From NCBI GenBank assembly GCA_024279865.1, contig JAJRRC010000109.1:17513-81512 (forward strand): 64,000 nucleotides of DNA. Reading direction: 5' to 3'. Positions 31,420 to 40,509 of this stretch are shown piece by piece. Origin of the DNA: Planctomycetota bacterium. Lineage in GTDB: Bacteria > Planctomycetota > Phycisphaerae > Phycisphaerales > Phycisphaeraceae. The position numbers and the translations under genes were made by a program. The notes beneath the pieces are model-generated. The model saw nothing but the letters and a program-made list of their open reading frames with translations. It ran no database searches and was not told the origin of the DNA. Within the stretch, counting starts at the first letter, position 1, and the number at the start of each line of letters is the position of its first letter.

Positions 31420-31484
31420 TTTTTTAAGCATCGCGTTCAAACGACTTCATACCGCGGGAATTTTAATGCCCGATGGGTCTAAAA
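31420..31484 (+). repeat. conserved ~55-nt 5' intergenic element, copy c
   Basis: ttttttttaagcatcgcgttcaaacgacttcataccgcgggaattttaatgcccgatgggtcta. Confidence 0.7.
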
Positions 31485-31549
31485 GAATATCTAGAGACTG
31501 CTAAAGGGAGCAATCGCAACAGATTACCCGAAATAGCAATTTATTCCTC

Positions 31550-31578
31550 TTGAAATCTGACCCTCTTCCGGGATAATT
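31550..31578 (+). promoter_or_regulatory. candidate sigma70-type promoter of the DegT operon
   Basis: TTGAAA-N17-ATAATT lies about 65 nt upstream of the ATG at 31642. An AGGAG RBS sits at 31629-31633. Confidence 0.3.
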
Positions 31579-31641
31579 CTTACAGTTGGCCTACCAGTGT
31601 GCAGGCCCTTAGTATAGAACCATCTCAAGGAGTCAATCAAT

Positions 31642-32940
31642 ATGTCTTTAACATCCACAGAATCAACTCTGGCAATTCTTGGCGGCTCACCAGCGGCCCC
31701 TCAGGATATCGTGAAACCCTGGCCTCCGATTGACGATACAGATCGCCAGATGGTGCTTGATTCACTCAACGGAACCAATCACGCCTTCGGCCCCAACTGC
31801 CAAGCCTTTTCAAAAGAAATGGCTGAGTGGAACGGTAACAAGCATGCCATCTTCACCAACAGTGGGACGGCAGCCTTGCACATGGGACTCGTCGGTTGTG
31901 GCGTGGGTGCGGGCGATCACGTGATCGTCACCGGCTACTCTTGGTCTTCAAGTGCAACCTGCATTATCCATCACAATGCCATCCCCATTTTTGTCGATAT
32001 TGACTTCGATACCATCAACATCGACGTAGACAAAATTGAAGCAGCCATCACCCCCAAAACCAAAGCCATCGTCGCGGTCCACTTGCATGGCCTGGCGATC
32101 AATATGGAAAAATTGATGGAAATAGCAAACAAACACAATCTCAAAGTGATTGAAGATGCTTGCCAAAGTCATGGTGCTGAATACAAAGGTAAAAAAGTTG
32201 GCACGATGGGTCACTGCGGTGCGTTGAGCTTTAACCAAAACAAAAGTCTTTGTGCGGGTGAAGGCGGGATGTTCCTGACCAATGATGAAGAAATTCTCGC
32301 AGGCGCTTCGAGCCTTTGGTCCTTCGGCGAAACTCGCACGCCTTCAGAAGACCGCGATTTCCATGCGTATGCATTGGGTTGGATGTACCGCGCGAACGAT
32401 CTGACGGCCGCCTTCGGCCGAGCACAGCTCAAAAAGCTCACTGGCTACATTGAAACCGAACGTTCAAATGCAGATGCGTTGCGTGCCGTACTTGAAGGTA
32501 CACATGGCCTGATCATGCCGACGGAGCCTGAAAACCATTTACATACTTATTACAACTTTAGTATTCGTATTGATATGGACGCGATTGGCTGGACGGGTGA
32601 GCCCACGCGTATGCGAGACGCATTGCTTAAAGCAATGGCCGCTGAAGGTGCTCACCCTGTTGTTTGGCAGCGATTTATTTTGCCTAGCATGACGGTGTTT
32701 CAAGCGAAGAACGCTTATGGCAAGGGCAGTCCTTGGGCTGAGCATGATGCGTTGGATGTGGATTATAACCCTGCGAATTTTCCTGTGTCCCAGCATCACT
32801 CTGATACGCACTTTGCGATCATTATGCCGTTGCGTGCCCCCAATGGTCCTGAAGTTGCTCAGGTGATGGGCCAAGGCATCCGCAAGGTTTTTGAGAATAT
32901 TGAGAAAATTGATCCCGACCAGATTCTCGACGAAAAATAA
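31642..32940 (+). CDS. DegT/DnrJ/EryC1/StrS-family PLP aminotransferase
   Basis: 432 aa with the typical family layout (FTNSGTAALHMGL ... SFNQNKSLCAGEGG containing the PLP Lys). Confidence 0.85.
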   Translation: MSLTSTESTLAILGGSPAAPQDIVKPWPPIDDTDRQMVLDSLNGTNHAFGPNCQAFSKEMAEWNGNKHAIFTNSGTAALHMGLVGCGVGAGDHVIVTGYSWSSSATCIIHHNAIPIFVDIDFDTINIDVDKIEAAITPKTKAIVAVHLHGLAINMEKLMEIANKHNLKVIEDACQSHGAEYKGKKVGTMGHCGALSFNQNKSLCAGEGGMFLTNDEEILAGASSLWSFGETRTPSEDRDFHAYALGWMYRANDLTAAFGRAQLKKLTGYIETERSNADALRAVLEGTHGLIMPTEPENHLHTYYNFSIRIDMDAIGWTGEPTRMRDALLKAMAAEGAHPVVWQRFILPSMTVFQAKNAYGKGSPWAEHDALDVDYNPANFPVSQHHSDTHFAIIMPLRAPNGPEVAQVMGQGIRKVFENIEKIDPDQILDEK

Positions 32941-32974
32941 GTTCCAACAGAAAAAAATAAAAGAAGGAAGTGCC

Positions 32975-34285
32975 ATGATTATTCACACGGGTGCGGCTTC
33001 GGTCGTCATTACCCCGCCTTTGGGAACTCAGATTCAAGGGGCGGGTGTTCCCGATCAGCCCGCCAAAGTCATTCGTGATGAGCTTGAAGCCAATGCGGTT
33101 TATTTTTGCAGCGACGATGAGGCTGTTCTGTTGGTCAGTTGTGATGTAGGGATGTTGCCGACGGATTTTGTGATTGCTACGCGAGCGGCGATAGGCGAGG
33201 CGATGGGGCTGGCTGAGTCGAACGTGATCATCAGTGCCACGCACACCCATTCGGCTCCTTCGGTATCAAGGACCAATTGGGTCAAGCCGGTGGCGGAGGA
33301 TTTCCTCAAAAATCTCCGCGATCAGTTGATGGCCGTCGCTTGTCAGGCAAAGCAGTCTGCGGTGGTGTCGAAAATCGGATGGGGGTTGGGGCACACTCAA
33401 CTTGGCTACAACCGAAGGTGCTGTTGGTCTGACGGCTCACATAGCATGTACAACCCCACGGGTCGGACTGATTTTACTGGATTTGAAGGGCCAGAAGACT
33501 CTGCTCATGTTGCGTTTTTTGCCTGTGATATGGAGGGAAAACTTCTGGCGGTGATTCATCAGAATACGGCTCATCCGACTTGTTTTTATGCAGGAGATTG
33601 CTTCTCCAGTGATTTTCCAGGCGCTGCGCGAAGCCACCTCAGAGACTCTTTTGGCGATATTCCCGTGTTGTTTTTTAATGGCGCTCTAGGCGACATTTGC
33701 AGGCAGGAAACCATGGGGATAGGTCAATCTGAAACCTCCGAACAGGTTCTCAAACGCAATGGGCATCTTCTCGCAGGTGAAACACTGCGGTTATTTCACC
33801 AGGCCCCATTGCACGATGATGTGGCCTTTGGTCATGTGTATGAAGACCTGACGGTGGACGTGCGATTGCCTGATCCCAAACGGCTCGCTTGGGCGAGAGA
33901 GGTGGTCGCTTTGGCTCAGTCGGGCAAAGCGAGCAAGCCTGAAAATTATATTGCAGCATGGGGCATCGCGTTACTGCAAGATGAGTTTGGCGAGAATCCG
34001 GTTGACACGCTGCGTTTGCATGTGGTTCGTCTCGGTGATGTGGCTTTGGTGACTCAGCCGTGCGAGCTTTATTGTCAGTTTGGCTTGGATATCAAGCGTC
34101 GCAGTCCCGCTCCGATTACCAGTGTTTCATCCCTGACCGATGGCTACGGAGGCTATTGCCCGACGATGTATGGCATTTTGGGCGGTGGGTATTCCGGTGA
34201 GTCTTACCAATGGTGTCGCCTCGCTCCCGAAGCGGGCTACCTGCTTGTGGATGTGGCTTCTCGTATGTTACGCCAACTTTGGTAA
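32975..34285 (+). CDS. short neutral/alkaline ceramidase-like amidohydrolase, paralogue 1
   Basis: ITPPLGTQIQGAG ... LLVSCDVGML ... ISATHTHSAPS matches the ceramidase N-terminal domain pattern. At about 437 aa it lacks the ceramidase C-terminal domain. Confidence 0.7.
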   Translation: MIIHTGAASVVITPPLGTQIQGAGVPDQPAKVIRDELEANAVYFCSDDEAVLLVSCDVGMLPTDFVIATRAAIGEAMGLAESNVIISATHTHSAPSVSRTNWVKPVAEDFLKNLRDQLMAVACQAKQSAVVSKIGWGLGHTQLGYNRRCCWSDGSHSMYNPTGRTDFTGFEGPEDSAHVAFFACDMEGKLLAVIHQNTAHPTCFYAGDCFSSDFPGAARSHLRDSFGDIPVLFFNGALGDICRQETMGIGQSETSEQVLKRNGHLLAGETLRLFHQAPLHDDVAFGHVYEDLTVDVRLPDPKRLAWAREVVALAQSGKASKPENYIAAWGIALLQDEFGENPVDTLRLHVVRLGDVALVTQPCELYCQFGLDIKRRSPAPITSVSSLTDGYGGYCPTMYGILGGGYSGESYQWCRLAPEAGYLLVDVASRMLRQLW

Positions 34286-34335
34286 AATCAGTCAACAAAG
34301 AAATAAAATAAACAACCCCGAAAGGTTTTTAACCC

Positions 34336-35163
34336 ATGAAACTATCCATGATGTCCTACACGATGAGCCGCCAGCCCAAGTTTTTTGATTTGGCCCAGAT
34401 GTTTGATCTGACCGCAGAGCTGAAACTTGATGGCATTGACATGGTGACCCTGCACGGCAGCACTGCCAAAGAATTGCGGAAAATGGCCGACGATCGCGCC
34501 ATTCCCGTGGTCTGTCACACTTTTATAGCGGACCTGAACTTTCCCACGACTGCCGAGCGAAGTAAAACTGTGGATGACGCTCGCCGTGGGATTGATGCGG
34601 CAGTGGAACTGGGCGCTCCGACGGTCATGATCCCCACCCCCGCCAAAGCAGGCGTGGACCGTGATGTCTCTCGCAAAAACTGGATCGCCGGTTTACAGGA
34701 GGTGATCCCTTACGCCAATGAGGCAGACATCATCTTAACGGTGGAAAATTTTCCCGGTGCGGGTAGCCCCTTCGTCATCGCCACCGATCTGCTCCAAGCG
34801 GTGCGAGAAGTGCCAGGCATGAAAATAACCTATGACAACGGCAACGCCTTCTCCGGCGAAGAACCAATCCAGTCCTTCAAGGATGTGGCGGAGCATACCG
34901 TGCATGTCCATTTCAAGGATTGGGATATCGTCGAAGAAGGCCAGGGCATGGCCATGCTTAACGGCACAACCATGGCCTCCGCCTTGATCGGCGAAGGCGA
35001 TATAGATACCAAAGGTTGTCTCAAAGCTCTGACTGATGCCAACTATGATTTCTGCATCAACCTTGAATACGAAGGCAACAAATACAATCCCACCGAAGGC
35101 GTTCGCAAAGCAACCGAATATCTTCGAAACGCCTATGCAGAATTAACCGCGACATCGGTCTGA
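34336..35163 (+). CDS. sugar phosphate isomerase/epimerase (xylose isomerase-like TIM barrel), copy 1
   Basis: 275 aa. It is a tandem paralogue of the next gene. Confidence 0.75.
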   Translation: MKLSMMSYTMSRQPKFFDLAQMFDLTAELKLDGIDMVTLHGSTAKELRKMADDRAIPVVCHTFIADLNFPTTAERSKTVDDARRGIDAAVELGAPTVMIPTPAKAGVDRDVSRKNWIAGLQEVIPYANEADIILTVENFPGAGSPFVIATDLLQAVREVPGMKITYDNGNAFSGEEPIQSFKDVAEHTVHVHFKDWDIVEEGQGMAMLNGTTMASALIGEGDIDTKGCLKALTDANYDFCINLEYEGNKYNPTEGVRKATEYLRNAYAELTATSV

Positions 35164-35193
35164 CTTTAAAGTCAAACAAGAAAGTTTTAGCTC

Positions 35194-36030
35194 ATGAAAT
35201 TGTCCATGATGTCGTTTACGATGAGTTTGCAGCCGGAGTTTTTTGATCTGACGCAGATGTTTGACCTAACGTCCGAACTGAAACTCGACGGCATTGATCT
35301 GGTCACGCTTCACGAAACCCCCGCAAGCGAATTGCGGAAAATGGCGGATGATCGTGGCATTCCCATTGTGTGCCACACTTTTCGGGCGGACTTAAATTTT
35401 CCCACTGCCGCGGAACGACAGCCCGCTGTGGACCTTGCTCGTAAAAGTCTTGACGCAGCCGTCACGCTGGGCGCTCCGACGGTGATGATTCCCACGCTTC
35501 CCAAAGCAGGTGTGGATCGTGATCTATCTCGCAGAAACTGGATTGCCGGTTTACAGGAACTGATTCCCTATGCCAATGACGTGGGAGTCGCTTTAACCGT
35601 GGAAAATTTCCCCGGCGAGGGGAGCCCCTTCGTCATCGCCACTGATTTGCTCCAAGCGGTACGAGAAGTGCCAAGCATGAAAATAACCTATGACAACGGC
35701 AACGCCTTCTCTGGCGAAGAGCCAGCCCAGTCATTTAAAGATGTCGCTGAGCATACGGTGCATGCCCATTTCAAAGATTGGGATATCGTCGAAGAAGGCC
35801 AAGGCACAAAAATGCTCGACGGTCGCACCATGGCCCCCGCTCTGATCGGTGAGGGAGCCATTGATACCAAAGCCTGTCTCAAGGCTCTGGCTGATGCGGG
35901 TTATGATCGCTATATCAACATTGAATACTGTGGCAGAAAATACAATCCCACCGAAGGCGTTCGCAAAGCAACCGAATATCTACGTCGGATAAATGAAGAA
36001 CTGACAACCGCGACGCCTGTGGTGAAATAA
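35194..36030 (+). CDS. sugar phosphate isomerase/epimerase (xylose isomerase-like TIM barrel), copy 2
   Basis: 278 aa and about 70% identical to copy 1. The two copies share exact nucleotide runs of 36 nt or more. Confidence 0.75.
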   Translation: MKLSMMSFTMSLQPEFFDLTQMFDLTSELKLDGIDLVTLHETPASELRKMADDRGIPIVCHTFRADLNFPTAAERQPAVDLARKSLDAAVTLGAPTVMIPTLPKAGVDRDLSRRNWIAGLQELIPYANDVGVALTVENFPGEGSPFVIATDLLQAVREVPSMKITYDNGNAFSGEEPAQSFKDVAEHTVHAHFKDWDIVEEGQGTKMLDGRTMAPALIGEGAIDTKACLKALADAGYDRYINIEYCGRKYNPTEGVRKATEYLRRINEELTTATPVVK

Positions 36031-36114
36031 AGATGGCGCTTGGGTTGAATTACAATAGACATGCCCATACTTATTGATGAAATAAGGGGCTCTTTTCAAA
36101 AGAGATAGATAAAG

Positions 36115-37437
36115 ATGATTACCGTAGGAAGCGCTTCTGGAATTATTACAAATGAATTAGGTACCGATATCCAGGGCGCAGGATGCGGCGGGAAAGCTGC
36201 CTACATTCGAGACGAATTAGAAGCTAGCGTGATGTATATCAAGCAGGGAGATACCGAAGTCATGTTCGTTAGTTGTGACTTGGGAGGATTGGAATCTGAC
36301 ATCACCGTTGCCACACGAAATGCCATGGCTGAAGCCTCTGGGATCAATCCACGGTCCATCATTATTGGTGGTACACACACAGGAGGCCCTTCGGTCCTTC
36401 CCTCTAACCGTCAAAAACCGGTCGATCTAATATACCTTGAAAAACTAAAAAACATACTCACGGACTTGGCGAAAAAAAGTGTGCAATCCATGGTCCCCGC
36501 CACGTTAAGTGTGTCTCAAGGTCATGCGAAAATTGGTTACAACCGAAGGACCTGCTGGAGTAATACAAGCCATCAAATGTACGGCAAGGCACAGGGAAAA
36601 ATAACGTTCACCGGCAACGAAGGGCCCGAAGACCCCCAGCAATTTGTCTTGTATGCGGTGGATGAAAACAATCAGATTTTAGCAGTGTTGCATCAAAATA
36701 CATCCCACCCATGTACTTTTTTTGGTGCTGATTTTTACTCAGCAGACTATCCCGGACTCGCACGAACTTACCTTCGGGAAGCACTGGGCGATATCCCCGT
36801 TCTCTTCTTTAACGGTGCTCTTGGCGATATCGGGCAAAGTCTAACAAATGAAAACTCATTTGGGGGAACTGACAAAGAAATGATGATCAGGCGATGCGCA
36901 CTGTCGTTGGCGGGAGAAACACTGCGTTTGATTCATGAAAATCCACCCACAGCAAACAATCGCCTTCAACACATCTGTCAGGATTTAGAGGTGGCTGTCC
37001 GATTGCCAACACCACAAAAACTGGCATGGGCAGAAGAAACCATCGCCAAAATAGATGCGGGAGAATCGCTTCCTCCTTTTGATCAAATTTTTTCCCATGG
37101 TGCCAGCTTACTTCAAAAGCGTTTTGGTGATCACCCAATGGACTCTCTTCCAATTCATGCGATTCAAATTGGACCTGCAGCAATCATTACTCAACCCACA
37201 GAACTTTTTTGTTATTTCGGCCTTGAAATAAAACGTCGTAGTCCATTTGCCATTACCAGTGTCTTCAGTCTCTGTGATGGGTATGCGGGATATTGTCCCA
37301 CCTACGATGCAATTGTTGGAGGGGGCTATTCTGGAGAGCCGATCTATTGGACTCGTTTTACGCCTGAAACAGGCTATCAAATGGTTGATGAATCATCTCG
37401 CTTGTTGTTCCAGATGCAACAAGAAAACGAGGGATGA
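36115..37437 (+). CDS. short ceramidase-like amidohydrolase, paralogue 2
   Basis: Colinear with paralogue 1 (IGGTHTGGPS, VLFFNGALGDIG, GYAGYCPTYDAIVGGGYSGE). Confidence 0.7.
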   Translation: MITVGSASGIITNELGTDIQGAGCGGKAAYIRDELEASVMYIKQGDTEVMFVSCDLGGLESDITVATRNAMAEASGINPRSIIIGGTHTGGPSVLPSNRQKPVDLIYLEKLKNILTDLAKKSVQSMVPATLSVSQGHAKIGYNRRTCWSNTSHQMYGKAQGKITFTGNEGPEDPQQFVLYAVDENNQILAVLHQNTSHPCTFFGADFYSADYPGLARTYLREALGDIPVLFFNGALGDIGQSLTNENSFGGTDKEMMIRRCALSLAGETLRLIHENPPTANNRLQHICQDLEVAVRLPTPQKLAWAEETIAKIDAGESLPPFDQIFSHGASLLQKRFGDHPMDSLPIHAIQIGPAAIITQPTELFCYFGLEIKRRSPFAITSVFSLCDGYAGYCPTYDAIVGGGYSGEPIYWTRFTPETGYQMVDESSRLLFQMQQENEG

Positions 37438-37490
37438 AAACGTAGAGCCTGCTGGTTATTTTTTAATGAACAAAGGATCAAAAATAAACC

Positions 37491-38900
37491 ATGAAGCAAC
37501 CTAATATTTTATTTGTGATGACCGACCAACAACGAGGTGACTGTCTCGGCGTGGAAAACCACCCAGTTCTGATGACGCCTGTGATGGATGATATGGCTGC
37601 TCGTGGCGTGCGGTTTACCAAGTTTTATTCTGCTTGTCCTAGCTGTATTGCCACCCGACGCGCGATCCTCTCAGGCATGTCACCTCAACGCAACGGCATG
37701 GTTGGGTACAACGGCAACGTTGAATGGCATCCGCCTACCACCCTGCCTGGCATCCTTGCTGATCACGGCTATCAGACCGGCCTTGTGGGGCGTTCGATGC
37801 ACCAATATCCGCCTGAAAAACATTTTGGCTTTGGAGACATGACCAGTAATCAATACGCGACCATCCCAGGAGATGACTACAACAGTTGGCTCGAAAAAAC
37901 AGGTCCCCAAGGCAATGGTGGTTGGTTCGGCGGCGGGGTGATGCACAATGACCACACCGCCCGGCCATGGCCTCTAGAAGAACACCTGCACATGACCAAT
38001 TGGACCATGACGCGATCCCTGCAATGGCTCCAAGAACGAGATCGAAGCAAGCCGTTCTTTCTCAACGTTAGTTTTATTGCACCCCATCCGCCACTTCAGC
38101 CACCGGAATTTTATTTTGAACGTTATATCCGCACCGGTGTACCTGAGCGGTTTCTTGGTGATTGGGCTTCTCCGCCGGAGTTTGGCAGTGCGATAGACGT
38201 TGTGTCGGCAAGCTGTATGGATCTCAAAGGTGAAGCCTTGCTCAGCGCTCGGGCAGCTTACTATGGGTTGATCAATCATGTGGACAATCAGTTGCGACGA
38301 TTGTTTAACCCTGTTTTGGGCATGGATCAAGAGACACGTAAAAATACCATTGTGATCTTCACCAGTGATCATGGCGAAATGCTTGGCGATCATTATCGCT
38401 GGCGTAAAAGTTTAGCCTATGAAGCCTCTGCGCGTGTGCCGTTTATCATGTATGCTCCTGAGCGGTTCGGCATTAAGCGGACGTCCACCATTGATGCGGT
38501 GGCGACCCATGCGGACATTATGCCGACGTTGTTGGATATGGTGGGCATTGATATTCCGGATCATTTGGATGGCCAAAGTTTGATGCCGTTGATTCATGGC
38601 GAACAAACGCAATGTCGGGAGTATTTACATATTGAACACTCACCAGAGCAACAGGCGTTGACTGATGGTCGTGAAAAATTCATTTGGATGCCTGCCGACG
38701 GCCGTGAGCAATTTTTTGATTTAACCATCGACCCCAATGAATGCAAGAATTTGGTGGCTGATTCAAATTATGCCGATCGCGTGACGTTGTGGCGTGAACG
38801 AATGATCAATGCATTAGCAGATCGACCAGAAGGTTTTACCGATGGAAAGTCTTTGATTGCCGGGCGGCCGTATGGTTCAATGATCCCGGGGCGTTCTTAA
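37491..38900 (+). CDS. sulfatase (C-x-A-x-R variant)
   Basis: ILFVMTDQQRGD, CIATRRAILSG and SDHGEMLGDH. Confidence 0.85.
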   Translation: MKQPNILFVMTDQQRGDCLGVENHPVLMTPVMDDMAARGVRFTKFYSACPSCIATRRAILSGMSPQRNGMVGYNGNVEWHPPTTLPGILADHGYQTGLVGRSMHQYPPEKHFGFGDMTSNQYATIPGDDYNSWLEKTGPQGNGGWFGGGVMHNDHTARPWPLEEHLHMTNWTMTRSLQWLQERDRSKPFFLNVSFIAPHPPLQPPEFYFERYIRTGVPERFLGDWASPPEFGSAIDVVSASCMDLKGEALLSARAAYYGLINHVDNQLRRLFNPVLGMDQETRKNTIVIFTSDHGEMLGDHYRWRKSLAYEASARVPFIMYAPERFGIKRTSTIDAVATHADIMPTLLDMVGIDIPDHLDGQSLMPLIHGEQTQCREYLHIEHSPEQQALTDGREKFIWMPADGREQFFDLTIDPNECKNLVADSNYADRVTLWRERMINALADRPEGFTDGKSLIAGRPYGSMIPGRS

Positions 38901-38940
38901 TTTTTTCACCATCATCTTTTTACAAAGAAAGTTTTTTCAA

Positions 38941-40392
38941 ATGGCACCGAATATTTTATGGATTTGCACTGACCGACAACGCTGGGACACCCTTGGCTGT
39001 ATGGGCAATCCCCACGTCAAGACGCCGAACCTGGATCGCTTGGCAGCCAACGGCATTCTTTTTCGTAATGCCTTTTCTCAATGCCCGGTGTGCAGTCCCA
39101 GCCGAGCCTCTTTTTTAACTGGACGCTATCCCAGCACCACCAGGCTCAACCGAAACGGGCAAACGATTCCCTCCAGCGAACGGCTCATTTCCCGTTTACT
39201 CGCGGATAATGATTATATCTGTGGCCATGCAGGGAAAATGCATCTGTCCGCCAGTTCACCCAATAGTGTTCAATGGTCCGAAAAACGAATTGATGATGGA
39301 TACAGTGTGTTTGACTGGTCGATGCATCCCCCGGATGTGCCGATTTGTGCCTATACCGCCTGGCTGATGGAGCATGATATTGAGTTTAAGCGAACGCCTG
39401 TGGGTGATAGCAAGCATATTACTTTTGGGATGCCCAAAGAAACCAACAACACGACATGGATTGCGCAGCGTGCGATTAATTTTATGAAGTGCAATGAGCC
39501 ATTGGATCGCCCGTGGTTTTTTACGTGTGACATTGAAGACCCGCATGCGCCTTATGATCCGCCGCAAGAATTTCTTCAGCCCTATCTTGATAAGCTTGAT
39601 GAGATTGAGTTGCCTCATTACACCGATGGCGAACTAGAGAACAAACCTCCATTCCAGATGACTGATCGGCACGGGGTTTACGGCAGCGGTGGTGGACATT
39701 TTGCAGCAGCGGATATGACCGACCAAGAACACCGTCTTATTCGTGCAGCCTATTGGGCGATGATTGACCATGTGGACTATCAAGTTGGACGCATGATCGA
39801 AGCACTCGAACAAAGTGGCCAATTGGACAACACATTGATCCTTTTTATGTCCGACCACGGCGACATGCTGGGCGATCATGGCATGTACATGCAAGGCCCC
39901 TATTTTTACGATGAAATGGTCCATGTCCCACTGATTATGCACTACCCGGACAAAATTAAAGCGGGGCTCGATAGTTCTGCCATGGTTGAGCTGACCGATA
40001 TCTCGCCGACCCTGATGCAAGCGGCTGGCCTTGATGTTTACGAGGGAATGCAGGGGAAAAGTTTTTGGCCATTAATGACGGGCGACGCAGATCTCCAAAC
40101 ACACCGTGATTCGGTCTACCATGAATACCATCAGGCCATCCCTCCTGTGGTATGCCATCAAAAAACAGGGGGCGCGTATATCACCGGCGTTCGCAATGAA
40201 AATTATGCACTGAGTTGTGTTCATAACTTTGATGATGGCGAGTTGTACGATCTGAAAAAAGATCCGGGCATGATCCAAAACCTTTGGCATGATCCAACAA
40301 GAGCTACCGAACGGGCTCAGATGTTACAACTATTATGTCAACGCATGGCAGGGACCATTGATCCCTTGCCGCCGACCACAGATTCCTATTGA
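38941..40392 (+). CDS. sulfatase
   Basis: ILWICTDRQRWD, CSPSRASFLTGRYP and SDHGDMLGDHG. Confidence 0.9.
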   Translation: MAPNILWICTDRQRWDTLGCMGNPHVKTPNLDRLAANGILFRNAFSQCPVCSPSRASFLTGRYPSTTRLNRNGQTIPSSERLISRLLADNDYICGHAGKMHLSASSPNSVQWSEKRIDDGYSVFDWSMHPPDVPICAYTAWLMEHDIEFKRTPVGDSKHITFGMPKETNNTTWIAQRAINFMKCNEPLDRPWFFTCDIEDPHAPYDPPQEFLQPYLDKLDEIELPHYTDGELENKPPFQMTDRHGVYGSGGGHFAAADMTDQEHRLIRAAYWAMIDHVDYQVGRMIEALEQSGQLDNTLILFMSDHGDMLGDHGMYMQGPYFYDEMVHVPLIMHYPDKIKAGLDSSAMVELTDISPTLMQAAGLDVYEGMQGKSFWPLMTGDADLQTHRDSVYHEYHQAIPPVVCHQKTGGAYITGVRNENYALSCVHNFDDGELYDLKKDPGMIQNLWHDPTRATERAQMLQLLCQRMAGTIDPLPPTTDSY

Positions 40393-40509
40393 TCTGATGC
40401 GTGGCCCGCGTATGTTAAAGTCATGATGCGGTATTAAAAACAATCGAACCGCAAGCCGCTTTAAGACGATTTGTTTCTCAAACTTTTCCCCCTTAGAAAG
40501 AATTAGACC

